From: the human T2T-CHM13v2.0 reference genome, Homo sapiens
Length of the DNA: 64,000 nucleotides
Assembly (NCBI RefSeq): GCF_009914755.1
Contig: NC_060941.1
Reading direction: 5' to 3' (one strand)
Part shown: piece after piece, positions 1-17,975 of the stretch
Numbering within the stretch: position 1 is the stretch's first letter
How the letters are laid out: the number at the start of each line of letters is the position of its first letter
Notes under the pieces: model-generated
Told to the model about the DNA's origin: nothing
The model's database searches: none
What the model saw: the letters and a program-made list of their open reading frames with translations, nothing else
Program-made: the position numbers and the translations under genes

Positions 1-159
1 GGAAACTGGGGCTCCGAATGGTTTAATAGCTTGCTCAGGGTGAACAGGAAGTGACTGGCAGAGCTTGGGTCTGAAACTAGGGCTCTCAGACACCAAATCC
101 TACTTCCTTGCCCCACTGCTTCCCCACACAACTGGAGTCAAGTCTGGGTACCCAGAATT

Positions 160-345
160 TAGGGACAGGAGACATAGTTCAAATCCTGGCTCTGCTACTA
201 ATTTGCCCTGTGATACTGAGCACATCATTTCCTCCCTGGGAACCTCAGTGTTTTCACTGGAACAGTAGAGATTGTCCTTCTGTCCCGCCTGCTTCACACA
301 GATATAAGGAGGATCGAACAAGAAGTGAAAGTGTTTTGCAAGCCA
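160..345. mobile_element. MIR SINE fragment
   Basis: gttcaaatcctggctctgctacta...cctcagtgttttc resembles the MIR core. Confidence 0.6.
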
Positions 346-370
346 CTGGGTCCTGCAGAAGTGTTGGTTG

Positions 371-415
371 GTTAGGTTAGGTTAGGTTAGGTTAGGTTAG
401 GTTAGGTTAGGTTAG
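371..415 (+). repeat. (GTTAG)9 pentanucleotide microsatellite
   Basis: Direct read. Confidence 0.95.
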
Positions 416-1245
416 GTTGACAGTCTTTGATGATGGTTTATGGCTGTGACCAGCAAAGGTTCGTGAGTGTGAGCATTCACATGGCACTGCTGAGAATGGT
501 CTGTCTGCCCACTGGGCACAGCAGGGTGGCAGTGGGAGAAGGAGATGCCCCATAGCCAGTCCCTCAGTCAATGAACACATCATCACAGACTCCTGCTATT
601 ATGGAATCTGCATGCTTGGATCACTGGGCAGAGCTGGAGGGCAGTTTCCTTTGTGGCCGTCAGCTTTTTGAACCTCATGGGTAGAATCAGGACCCTAGAA
701 CAACCTGCTCTGACCCTCCTGGTCCCTTAACAGGTCACAGAAATGGCCAATGGCAGACTCTTTGGACAGAGGAGGAATACAAAGAAAAAAGCTAAATACT
801 GCCAGATAGTTAAGCAAGCCGAGAGAGAAGAACCTGAGAATTGGGGACCAAAGATAAACCTGGGTCTTCCGCCTTGAAACATGGACTTTCCCAAGGCTTG
901 GGAAACCTGCTCACTCTGCCCCCACACACGCTTGGTTTGCAAAGCTGGCGTTTATGGAAGCATTTATGTGCTTCTAAGGTTGTAATTTGCCAACCTCTTA
1001 AAATGTTTTATAAGCTTCTCTCTGAAATTATCCAGGGAGGATTGGCTGTGGTGAACATGCCTCTCCCAGCAAGGTGGACACCTTGACAAGATGTCCAGGA
1101 GCAGCTGGCAGTGGACCCCGTGCAGCCCCTCTGGGAGCAAGAGCACAGCATCAGCCCTCCAGAGCACCAGCTGCCCCAGCAATGGCTTCCTCACAGCCAC
1201 CCAATCTCCCCAGTTCTCCTGGCAGGGCCTAGGATTGGATTGTCA

Positions 1246-1465
1246 TGGGGTTTCCCAACCTCAGCCCTTCGTGCCAGGTCATTCTTTGTTGTTTGGGGCT
1301 CTCCTGTGCTTTGTAAAATGTGTGGCAGTATCCCTGGACTCTACCACCAGATGCCAGTAGCCACCCCCTGCCCCAGTGTTGACAACCAAAACTGTCTACA
1401 GACATTGCCAAATGTTCCCCGGGTTAGGAGTCAGGGGGCAAAACCACCCCCAGTTGAGAACCATT
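1246..1465 (-). mobile_element. MER20 hAT-Charlie DNA transposon
   Basis: gacattgccaaatgt, gacaaccaaaa and gttgagaacca match the reverse complement of the recalled MER20 consensus. Confidence 0.8.
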
Positions 1466-3491
1466 GGACTATCAGGACCAAGACTGGGGCTCCGACCCAA
1501 CCTCCCCTAAGCACCCCTGACTTTATTTTCTGGGACAACTAGCGTGGAGTCTGGCTGTCTCTGTTGGGCCCACTCAGGCAAGTCCTCAATACACCCATGC
1601 CTCGGTTTCCCTTGTTCATGACACAGCGTGCTTGTCCTGCAAAATGGGCCATAGGGCAGCCCTCACCAAGCCCTTTGCAGAGCTCTTCTCTGTTCGGGAT
1701 CTCTGGCTGGTAGGCATCTGAAGTTAATATTCTCATTTTCTTTTTTGTTTTAACCCCTGTACTGTATGATCCATATCTGAAGCTGATTCTAGGTTTCTCT
1801 CAGGACAACTGAATAAGCAAGGAGTCTGCTAATCCGAATATCTAGATGTCCCCATCATTCTCACCTGAGCATCAGGAGGGACACTGTGGACCAGAGAGGT
1901 GCCTCTAGGGTTGTGGGGAGAGGAATGTACCTTCCCTGGAGCAGGTGACCAGCTCGTCAAAGGTAAAAGTCTTTCAGCTGCCCTCAGTGTCTTGCCTTTT
2001 TCCTTATTGTTGACTGCACAGCCAACCCCCCGACCCAAGGGAAGGGCCCTGAGCCGGGACTCAGCGAGAACTAAGTTCAAGCTGCTCCATCCCTCTGAGC
2101 CTCAGCTTTCACAATAGGTCTGTGGAGGTCATAACACCACAATCACGGGATTGTGAGAACTACATCCAAAGGGGCTGGATAAACAGGAAGTCGTTTCACA
2201 GATTTAAGAGACTGAAACTGCTATTAGTACCCATATAGTCAGAACCCCAGTCCAATGCTGTTTCCAGGGCACAAACCACTTGCCCTGGTTTAATGGAATA
2301 CTAATTCAGAGGCCTAACCCAGCTGTCAAAGAAAAGACAGCTACTCGAAGAGGCATGGTCTAGGATTGTGTCCAGAGCTGCAACAGTCCCCTCAGCTAGA
2401 AGTCTCCATCTGGCCTCTGACCCTTACTCTAGAAGCTTCCAAAAGCCCTCACACCACCTGCAGGCTGCAGTGCTGACAGGATGACCTATCCGCCATGATC
2501 CCAGCTTGGGGGCAGGAGGAAGAAGGGGAATGCCGCCATAGGAACAGAAAGCATCCTGGCCTTTCCCCACGCCCATCTTGGAAGGCTGCCAAGTTCAACA
2601 TCAACTCCTGAGTTTCTGGCCCCTTCTTTGGCAGAAAGAAGTCTGCACACTCAAATGAACTTCCATCTGAAAACCAAGGTTCTCCATGGGCAAAGGCCTG
2701 AAATATCAAGCCCAAGTCTCCTTCTGCCCAGCTCTGAACAGTCCCTTCCATGCACAAGGCATTGCTGTCACAGTGTGCCCAAGGAGGGAGTGAGTTCTTC
2801 AAGCAGGGTGTCTCTTTTTATGCTTCTCTGGGCTTTGGTCAGAACATGCTGGTCACCACTACCCAAAGGCCCCAAAGATAGTGAAGCAAACAAACCAGAC
2901 AGCAGCCTCTGGGATGGCCAGGCCAACCAGAAATGGGCACAGACAAGAATAAGATCTCTGCAGAAGGCCAATGGTTGTCTCTGTTAGAGCAGCCTGCTGG
3001 TTTCAGCTCCATCTTTCTGGTTTTCTCCTACTGCCTCTTCCACCCTTGAGGTCCATACACCCAGATCCTAGAGAATTTCCCACCAGAAGAAGCACCTAAG
3101 AAATGTTCATTCCATGTTTTAACCTCTTCAGATCCACCCAGCACCCAACGGTCACCCAGGACCCTGGGAGACCCACAACTCATTCTCATTTCCTCCACAT
3201 GACTAAATTTTCCTTGGAACGAAGAATGTGTTCAAGTGACAAAGCACCTGGGAGCCCTGGCCCCTCCCCTGAAAAGCAGGGTTCTATATATTCTGTGTCA
3301 AATAACCCCATCAACAGCTCATGCCAAATCCACTGTCAACTTACATTAGATTCTAGTGCCGACATGCAACAACAGGTACACAAAGTTGAAGAAAGCCTCA
3401 CAGAAAGGGGAAACCCTACAATTAAGCCCTTTCTAGCCACCAATGTAATTTTTCCAAAAACTCCAGGAAAAGTCTCGTTTATTCAGTTTTG

Positions 3492-3803
3492 TTTTTGTTT
3501 TTGTTTTTGTTTTTGTTTTTGTTTTTTGAGACAGAGTCTTGCTCTGTCACCCAGGCTGGAGTGCACTGGCAAGATCTCGGCTCACTGCAAGCTCCGCCTT
3601 CTGGGTTCACACCATTCTCCTGCCTCTCAGCCTCCCGAGTAGCTGGGAGTACAGGTGCCCGCCACTACGCCTGTCTAATTTTTTGTATTAGAGAGGGGTT
3701 TCACCTTGTTGGCCAGGCTGGTCTCAAACTCCTGAGCTTGTGATCCACCCGCCTCGGCCTCCCAAAGTGCTGGGATTACAGGCGTGAGCCACCGTGCCTG
3801 GCT
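3492..3803 (-). mobile_element. Alu (AluY/Sc-like) with (TTTTTG)n tail
   Basis: Alu body; 15-bp TSD gtttattcagttttg at 3477-3491 and 3804-3818. Confidence 0.95.
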
Positions 3804-3859
3804 GTTTATTCAGTTTTGATGGTGGAAAACTCAGGGCCATTCACAGACCTGATAAAGAA

Positions 3860-3932
3860 AGGGTTGCCAGATTTAGCAAATTTTTTAAATGTGGTATTAG
3901 GAGCATACTTATAGGGTGTGTGTGTGTGTCTG

Positions 3933-3968
<36 letters not shown>

Positions 3969-4007
3969 CCTGCAATTCTGATCTGAGTGTCCTGTGTCTG
4001 AAACCCT
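3860..4007. mobile_element. MER53-like hAT MITE with internal (TG)n/(TTG)n expansion
   Basis: Terminal agggttgccagatttagcaaa ... ctgaaaccct; microsatellite at ~3916-3966. Confidence 0.65.
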
Positions 4008-5672
4008 CAGTAAGGAAACATCACTGGTTGAGAGCCTTGGCCACACAAATGCAGCTCTTTCTTCCCTCCTTCCCTGATGGCCTGTCACCATGGCTGGCTG
4101 TTCTCAGGGTCAGACACAGAGGGCTTCCCTTGGAGAATCGTGCCTTCCTGTCCTCTCACACCCTGCTGTCAGTGGCTGTCATTCTTGCCCTCCCAAGTCC
4201 AAACAGTACTTGGAGATGCAGAAGCTGAATTATCCTGCCTCCTATCCTGGCCACCTCAGTGACATTCCATCCTGATGGCAGCTGCCTTCAACAGGGTGAC
4301 TCAGACCTTCCTGGACAAGATTTAGCAAGTCTCTCTCTGCTCCATTTCCCACCCCCCAGCTTGTGCCCCAAATGTCCACCTGCCCCCTGCTATCACCCGG
4401 CCTCACCAGGTTCAAGACAATCTGAACATGACTCAGTGGTGAAGGAGGTCCCCCCCACTGCCTGGCTGCCCCTCCACAGTGTTGGTCCTGGTCCTGAGCA
4501 GTGACTCCTCCTGAGGCTCTGGGGCCCTACAAGGAGCATAGGTCCAGCTTCCCAACCTGCTGTTCCTGGCCTGTTCCTGAACCCCCATCAGGCCTTGACC
4601 TTCATCGGGCCTTCAAAGTCCCACTTGACCAGGCCCGGAGTTACTCTAGAAATCTCATCTCCCCCAAAATACAAAAGTATTTTCTCTCCCCCTGGGGTGT
4701 GGTTTTTGCACTTGCCCAGGACTTCAAGGTTCTGCTCCAAGCTGCTTTTGCCGTGGCAGATGCCCAGAGAGCTACCCTAACTCCAGCCTTAAGCCATACC
4801 TCTCTGGTCCTCTTGTGGCCAAGCTCGGCCTTCCACATCTCAGGGCCCACCACCTTCTCCCCTGGGGCCAGCACTCCCTGCACAGCTGCACTGGCTGCCA
4901 GCTCCCATCTGGAAGAGTCCACAGTCTCCTGCTCAGACTCACCGAGTCCCTAACTCCCCCACCCCACTTTTATGGTTGGAGCATTTCAGAGCGTCCTTTC
5001 TCTCCTTGGTGTGCTTGAAGAAGCTGTGATTGTGGGAGATGCACAGCCAGGCCCACTGGGAGAAAAGAGCTGGTACCTCAGTGTCTAGCGTCCCCTTGAT
5101 TCAAGTATCACTTAGCTGAACCATAAAGCGAATTTTCCAAACACCCTGTTTGATTGGACTTGTAGTCTGCATTTACAGGGGCCGGCATGCAATTGATTTG
5201 ACTCTCTTCCTACGAACAACAGCGTGTCTGCAAACCAGACTGCGGGCTCCGGGCTGTAATTAACCATGCCTGACACTGTGGATTTTACTTTCAAACTGGT
5301 CTGAGATCCTTGGATGAAAGAAGCCACAGTCATTATGACTGTTCATAAAAAGGGATACCAGCTCTTGGCCAAGTCCCCCAAATACCCACCCCCAACAGGT
5401 GCCTGTGCAAGTCTCAGCAGCACCCGCCACCTGCTTATTTTCTTTCAAACTCTGCAGGAGGATGGAGGGTGTAAAGAGTGCCCAGCTCTTTTGAAGCCCC
5501 CAGAGGAGCTGCTCAAAGGGACACAACCCACATATTCTGCTCCGCTCCAGCCACCAACAGTCCCAGGGACACCATCCAAAAGAGGCCAGTTCCCTGGGCC
5601 GCCCCTCAGATGCCCTGACCCAGGCAGGGAGGAAGGAAGGGCCCCCACAGCTGGATAAGAAAAGCTGGAAGT

Positions 5673-6322
<650 letters not shown>

Positions 6323-9300
6323 CCCAGCTGGGGACCGGACGGGGCCCTATGTTGAGACCAGGCCCGGCCAGGACTGGGTCTAGGGCCCAGCCACTCCACC
6401 CTGTATCCCAGCAGGTGGCCATCGAGGCACTGATCTGCTTTCTGGGGTGAGCCTGCCCCCTGCAGGGCCTGGGCAGGACAGCCATCGCATTGAGGAGGGC
6501 AGCAGCCTGGCTCATTCCCCAGGGTGGAGCCAGGAAGAGAGGGAGGTGCCTATTGCTTGGGGTGAGGAGGAAGTGGCTGAAGCACCAGGAGTCACAGAAC
6601 AGCGCCACGTCTCTCCACCTCTGTGTGCCACCCGCTGCCCTCCTCCCTCCAGAACCCGACCTGGCTCTGAGGTGCCAAGACACCCCAGGAACATCACAGG
6701 CTTGATTCCTTCATCCCCTAGGCTTTGGGGTCTGGGAGAGAGCCTCACTTCTCCCCCAGATTCCTGGAGCCGAATGCTTGACCCTTGGCAAAGGACCAGC
6801 CCCAGTCTTGGAAAGCACATTGGAACCACAGGTCCCAGCTCTCCCGCTGGGCAGGTCTTTGACCCCGTCCAGACCTCAGTCTTTCCATGTGTAAAATGGG
6901 CACAGCTGTGCCAATTCATGGGATTGCTGTAAAGATGAAATGAAAGAAAGGATGAGAGTAAAGGATGCGCTACTGTGTCCCCCTTTCCGTTATCTCTTTC
7001 ATTCCGGCATCTCTTGTGCTGACATGGCCTCATTCACAATCATTGGCATGGACATTAGCCAGGTGCCAATGGAAAGGGGCTGTTTCCTCATAGCCACAGC
7101 ACTGGGAATCAGCGGTGTGAGACTGGCATGGGCGTGGCACCTAGGTCAACCCTGGGAAGGGGAGCATTGACCCAGCAGGCCTGATAAATCTGCCCTCACT
7201 TGAATGGCCGCCCCACACCTGATAAAGAGTTGAGTCCCAGAGAGAATGAGGCGGATTCCCCACCCACTGCCTCTCCTACCCTTCTGACCAGAGAGCCGGG
7301 ATGACCACCTGCTACTCCCAACTCAAGAAGGCTCCTGGGGTAGCTTTGGCAGAAACACCTGCTCTCGGCCTGCCCTCTGAGCTTCCCCGGGATTCCTGAT
7401 GGGGCCACATAGGTCCTCAGATGGGGCCCAGCTTCTCAGTGTCCTTGCTGGGGTCTGGGTGAAAGGCTCCCAGGCCACAGTCCCCACTGGGCCTAGAGTG
7501 CAGCTCATTTCACTGCTCCTGTGGGCAACTACCCTCACCCCCCACCAAGTTTTGCAAAACTAGCTCAGAGAATGAGGGGGCTGCCCCTAAACAGCCATGC
7601 CCGGGGTCTCAGGAAGAGGGGCTGCTCTGGGCCCCATAAGCCCTGGGATCTGGACCCCAGGGTGCCTTGGAGCAGCCAGGGTAGCTCAGCATTGAGACCC
7701 CAGGCCCCTCTCTCAGTCTAGGGTAGGGGCTCCTGTGCTCTCTGTACAATACTTACTTACCACTTTCATTTCCCATAGCTTGTATCTATTTATTCCCTCA
7801 TTTCTCCATTCAACACATTTATTGAGCCCTTATAACGTTCTAGGTATGAGGATGAGACTGACGATGAAACCAGCCCTACCCAGAAGGAACGCATAGCTTA
7901 GAAAAGAGAACGAGAAAGATCATGACCAGAGGTATCTTGTTTACTGAGCACTTACTATGCACCAGTGACTGTTCTGAGCACTTGACTTTAATTAACCTAT
8001 GAGGAAGGAAGACTTAGCAGATGAGGAAGTCAGGCCAGGAAGGTTAAGTAACTTGCCCAGGATTACAAATGCAGATCAGGTCCCTGTGGCTCTGGGCTCC
8101 ACAAACATTGCACTCCAGTCATTGCTGACAGCACAGGGTCTTGCTGGGATCGGTGGGGAAGACCAGAGAAGACCCAGAGCAAACGATGAAACCTGAGCAG
8201 AGTTGTGAAGACTGTTGACTGTTCATTGCTGTGGGTGTCTCCTCCTACCTTCCTGTTAACCCATGGACTCCTTGAAGACAGAGCCTTCTTTTCATCTGCC
8301 TCTCTTTCTCCAGGACCCCACACAGTGCTTGGTACACAGTGGTCACTCAATAGATAGCTGCTGACCAAATAGGTTACCAAAAACGTTAAAAGGTGCCGGG
8401 AGCAAGGGCATGTCCTGTTTCTCTTTAATGCCTTAGCTCCTCTGGTGCTGTTCCAGGCACGTGAACTTGAGCCGAGCCCCACCTTGTTCTGTAGGAACAA
8501 GTGGGTGGCGGGGTCTGGGGTGGGATTTGGAATGGTGGAGGGTAGACACCTTTCTGCTAGTTTAGCAAGCTGGGCCAGGCATGTCTGAGCAACCACTGTG
8601 TGAATAAGACAACTGTGTGCAGCCCATACTCAGGCTTGAGGTGGGGGAAGAGAAGGAAGACAAGGAAGGGGGAGACCACACAGGGGAGCAGCAGAGGGGA
8701 GGGGAGGGAATATGAAGATGGTGCCAGAGGAAGGGGGCAGATGGCCAGGGTGCCGGAACTCCATCTACCCTCTGCCTTAAGCCCCTTAACGAAAATCAAA
8801 TGGCACTGGAGGGGCATTTCCCCAGTTTGTTCATTCACCTCTGCCTTTCATCAGCACTGACAGAGCCCACCTGCACTCTATTGGATGAGAGACCCCCCCC
8901 CCCCCGCCCGCTTTGAGGAAGGCACAGCCCTGCCTTTCTCACTGTCACTTCAGTGACACTTCAGTGATACTGTCAGTTCTAGGACAGGTGGGCACACACA
9001 TGTGAACACCCAAGTGTGCCCCACCCCAGCCAGGTGCTGCAGAGGAGGGGGCATCCATCTCAGTCTGAATTTTGAATAAAAAACTGGTAGTCTCCAATAA
9101 AATGATGACAGGAGTGTGGAGAGAGAGGAGAGAAGAAGGTTGGGTCAGACAGAGGTCTGTCACCGAACAAAATCCCCAGGGTGCCCAGCCACCTGCCTGC
9201 TTCCTCAAGGGCAGTTTGGGATGGCAGGAATTTGGGGTGAGTGAGGGAGGCTAGTGTAGGAGCCAGAGCTGGGGAGAGGCCAGAAGAAGCTGCACCACCA

Positions 9301-10557
9301 GGACCTGGAGGCAGGCGAGGTGTCTAGGCTTTCCTCAGTGACCAGCAGGGAGCGATTGGGGTGTCTCTAAGCTGAGAAGAAGACTCAGTTTCCAGTAATC
9401 ACCCCTGCTGGAGTGTGGAGCATGGAGGCAGGGAGGCCAGTGAGGAGGCTGTGGCCACGTGCCCATAGTTAGGACCAGGAAGGACATTATGGCTAATGCA
9501 GTGTCCACGGGAAGCATTGTGAAGGGGGTGAGGGACAGAGGAGGCCAGGATGACTCCTGGGCTCCTGGCTCAGCTTTCCAGGTTCTCCGGGATAAAGGGC
9601 AAGGAAGGAGCAGATCTGGGAGGATGATGGGAGCTCTTTTGCATGGGTGGATTGAAGGAGGTGATGTCTGGCTCACTGTTGGCAATGGGAGTCTGAGGCT
9701 GGGAGGGGCCTCAGTGGAGATTCGAGTTTGGGCGTTATCAGAACATACAGGCAACTGTAACCATGGTTATGTCCTGGATGACCCACAGGGACAGTGAAGA
9801 GGAAAAAGAGAAGAACACCCACACCGGAATCCAGGAGGTGAGTCAACGTGCAAGGAGTGAGCAGAGCAGGAAGAGGTTGCGAATCAGAGCAGGGGCAGCC
9901 AAAGCGGCAGGGAGAGAGTGGGGAGCACAGAGAGAAGGGGCCAGGTTAGTGCAGCGGCCAGCCAGGGAGCTGGTCCCAGGAGTGGTTGGGAGTGGCAAGA
10001 CCTAGGGGTGGGCTGGGGAGGACATTAGGAGTGGATGCCTCAGGCCAACAAGGAGCCATTTGCCTGAGAATAAACCTCTCTGCAGGAAGCAGGGAGGTAG
10101 CAGGTGGGGGCTGGGCCTCCTTCTCCCCAGATCACCCCTTCACTGGCCCCTTGCAGCCTGCCCCAGAGGCATCTGTACTTTTTGCCCATGTTTCACGCTC
10201 CCTTGACTCTACTATCAGCTGCCATTCTCACTGAACATCCTAATCTGCAAGGCTGTTGAACTGGCTCACGTGCCCCTGCGCCGTCTCTGGTGTGTTCCGT
10301 CTGTCCATGTCTGCTGGACACCATCGTCTGTGAGCTGCCTGTGTCCCCTGTGTTTGCCGTTGTTGTGTCTGTGTGCTCAGATGGCCCATGGGCCTATGTC
10401 TGTCCTTCCTAGATAGGAAGCTCCCCAGGCTTGTCGTTGTCTGGATTAGCTACTCCGCCCAGCTGTGTCCCCCTCACCCGCTAAACCAGGGCCCTAGCAG
10501 GGGCCACCTAAGAAACCAGGCCAGAATCAAAAATATGTTTGCAGAAAGGCAGGAAAC

Positions 10558-10563
10558 TTTATT
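10558..10563 (-). terminator. KRT13: KRT13 polyadenylation signal AATAAA
   Basis: tttatt on + strand, ~250 nt downstream of the stop codon. Confidence 0.85.
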
Positions 10564-10808
10564 GAATAATCTTTTCTTTGGGGTAGAGAAGTTGAGAAAC
10601 CAAAGCGTATCCAGGTCAGAGAGGAGAGAGATCCGACCGGAAGAGAAGAGCACAGAGGGCCCACCATCAGGAGAGAGTCAGGACAGGGGGTCCTGAGAGC
10701 AGAGGGACTGAGCCTTGGGTCCAGCAGCCCCTCCTCTCTCCTGCAGGGAACTGCCGGCTCTCTCCTCCTCTGGGTGCTGAAGACAGAGGGAGGGGACGCC
10801 AGGCAGAT

Positions 10809-15103
<4,295 letters not shown>

Positions 15104-15188
15104 GGTGAGAGCAGGATTGAGAGCAGGTGCAGATAGAAGCTTGCTTGGCCTGGGCCGAGGACTGTGGCTCTTCCCCAGAGTGGACACC

Positions 15189-15195
15189 TTTTATA
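15189..15195 (-). promoter_or_regulatory. KRT13: KRT13 TATA box (TATAAAA)
   Basis: ttttata on + strand, ~90 nt upstream of the ATG at 15103. Confidence 0.85.
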
Positions 15196-16240
15196 CACCT
15201 CCATAGGGGCTGGTTATCTTCTCTCCTCCCTTCCCCACCCTCTGACTTGGTGCCAACTACACTTCTGTTTCCCACAAGCTTAGTTATCTCTGATCTCTCC
15301 AGGGTGGGTTGTGCCTTTTAGGGGTGGCTTTTTTTTTAATCCTTAACAAAAAGAATGATTCAGAGGGGACAGCATTCTGCCTGAGACTGCCCTTTTGACA
15401 AGTGAATTCTGTTTCACCTCCACTTAAGGAGTTCACTGTGCAGGCTCTGAGCCCCACCCAGTATTAGAACGGGACCTGAGATGCGGAGGCCTGCCAGGAG
15501 CTTCTGCGAGGAAAGTGGTGGGTGCAGAGTGGCTCTGTGCTTTGCAAGGTCACCGTAGCCCTCGACCTTCCTTTTTTCTATACCTAAAACTTCTGACTGG
15601 GATGTCCTGGATCCTTCTTAGCACTTCATCTACTCCAGGGGCCCCAGCAACTCTGATGACAAACTTTGCTTGGTTCGATAGAATCACCTGCCTTGAAAGT
15701 ATTTAGACTGAGAAAGAAATAGCTCCGAGGCCATCAGAAAAAGTCACAGTGACAGAGACCTTAAGGGATCTTAGGGACCATCAGACACAGCTGTGGAAAC
15801 TCAGGCATGGAAAGAGGAAGTGGCCCTGTCCATTATCATAGCGAATATTCTCCGAGCCCTCACCATAGGCAGGAACTGGGTGAAGTTACTTTACACTCAT
15901 CATCTCATTTAACCTTCACAGCAGCCACAGGAGGAGGGTCCTACTATTGCCCCCATTTACACATGAGGAAAATGAACCTTAAGGGCAGAATCAGGACTGA
16001 AATCCAAGTCTGGTTCTGTCTGACGCTAAGGTGCATTTTTTAGGTACATTTTTCATACAGTAAAATGTATAGATCACGTGTCCAGCTTGATGTCACGCAT
16101 GGGTATGCACGACCTGTGTAAACACCACCCAGGACATTCCCAGCATTCCATAAAGGTCCTTGTACCTTTTCCCAGTCAATTACCTGACTCCACACCCCTG
16201 GTGTAACCACTCTTCCAACTTCTGTCCCCATAGACAAGTT

Positions 16241-16443
16241 CAGAGGTCCTCAGCTAGAGGCTGCTTTGCTCTCCAGGGGACGTTTGACAATGTCTAGGAA
16301 CATTTTGGTTGTCACAACTTGGGGGCACTACTGATAGCTGAACACCAGGTATGCTGCTAAACATCCTATAAGGTGCAGGACTGTCCCCACAGCAAAGAAT
16401 TATCAGACCCAAAATATCAATAGTGTTGAGGTTGAGATGCCTG
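16241..16443 (+). mobile_element. MER20 hAT transposon ~1.1 kb upstream of KRT13
   Basis: ttttggttgtcacaact, gctgctaaacatcct and aatagtgttgaggttgag match the recalled MER20 consensus. Confidence 0.8.
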
Positions 16444-17160
16444 GGTCAGTCTGGCCCTCGGGTTGAATCACTCCATTACGCTGACTGCTTTAGGGCACAG
16501 TCACATCCAGGAAGACGGCCCTGTAATAATGTGAGCAGGGTCCTTTCTAGTACGCCAGTCATATGAGGTCTGTCCCAGCCAAGAGGCCACATAAGAGGAT
16601 GTGACACAGGACCCAGGGCCAGGGTCTCAGCTTAGGATCCTGATTGTGGCTGAGAAACTCAGGGACTATGTAAGAACCCTGCCAGAGGGAGCTTCCCCAT
16701 TCAAGCTGGGAGAAAAGGACCTCAGATGGCATCTGTGAGGCCAGGATAGAAGGTCCTCCATTCCAGGGCTGACAATGGAGGACCCTGAATGCAGACTCCC
16801 AGGCCCCACTCACCAAGGGGCCAGGGTTGCTGTGGATGGCATCTTGGGAGCAGCTTTCTGGCCCACAGCAGCCACAAAGGTCTGGATGATACCAGGCCAG
16901 GGGCTGGGTGGGGTGGCACAGGCATGAGGTTCTCCTGGAACCCCCTTCACTGATTCAGCAAGATCAGAAAGGAGAAATCTGAGTCAGGGCTTTCTGGGCC
17001 TTTGTTTTCTGGGGTAGAGAAGCGGGCCTGTGCTTCCCGCAGGGGTATCAGCAGGGACAGAGCCAGGGCACGTTGCCAGTGTTCTAACAGCCTTGCGAGG
17101 CCAGGGATTCAGGCTAACCCCTGACCCTGCCCGGCCCTCCTGCCCAAGCTGATGGCTCAG

Positions 17161-17180
17161 CTCTCTCTCTCTCTCTCTCT
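17161..17180 (+). repeat. (CT)10 microsatellite
   Basis: Direct read. Confidence 0.9.
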
Positions 17181-17975
17181 GAAAAGGGGTGATTCAGCCC
17201 AAAGCAGGAGCTCTTGCTCTCTCGGTAGAGGATCAAAACTGACAAGAAGGTGATTAATGGAACCTGCCATGCCTGGGGTAACAATGCCCCAAACCTCCCA
17301 GAGCTGACAAGCAGGTTCAGGCCAACGCCTCTTAGAGTAACAATGCTGCAGATCCTCCAAAGCCCCAGTAACACAAACACAGAGTGGCCCGTGACATTCC
17401 TTCCTTCGTGGGGTCAGGGCACAGCCTCTGCCCGCTTAGCGGGGACTTGTAATGCCTTGACACAGGACTGCCTTCCTCCAACCCGCAGTGAATCCCAGAG
17501 CCCTCTGGGAGGAAGCTAGGCAGAGATCCAACCAGGGACCCATCTTTTTTCCTATTTCCACCCTGGTCCTAATGGAAGAAGGAGAGAGCGCTGGGGCTGA
17601 GGCACTGCTACCTCGTCTTAAGCTTTCTGCTTTGTTTTTTGGCAAAAACAACAACAACAACAAAAAGAAACCCAATGACTGCGGTCTCCTCCCAAGAACG
17701 TTTCAAGGGAAGGAGCAGCAAAACTGCATTATGAGTACCCCTGCAAGCAAGGCTGGGCTTAACACACTGTCACCAAGTCTCACAACAGGAGAGGGTTTAA
17801 GTCAGCCCCATTTTATAGATGAGGCAGCCAAGGTTCAGGGAGGGAAAGTCACTTATCCAAGGATACCAAGAAAGCAAGATTTAGACCTGGCTTCTGGCCT
17901 TCTCTACCCTGATGACATCTCAGCAACCTTGCTGTGAATTCAGATGTATGATCTCTGAATGTTCTTAAAACCCTT

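Noticed and set aside
371-415. Interstitial telomere or insect contamination
   Set aside because: Only nine pentamers, not TTAGGG, and embedded in continuous primate sequence.
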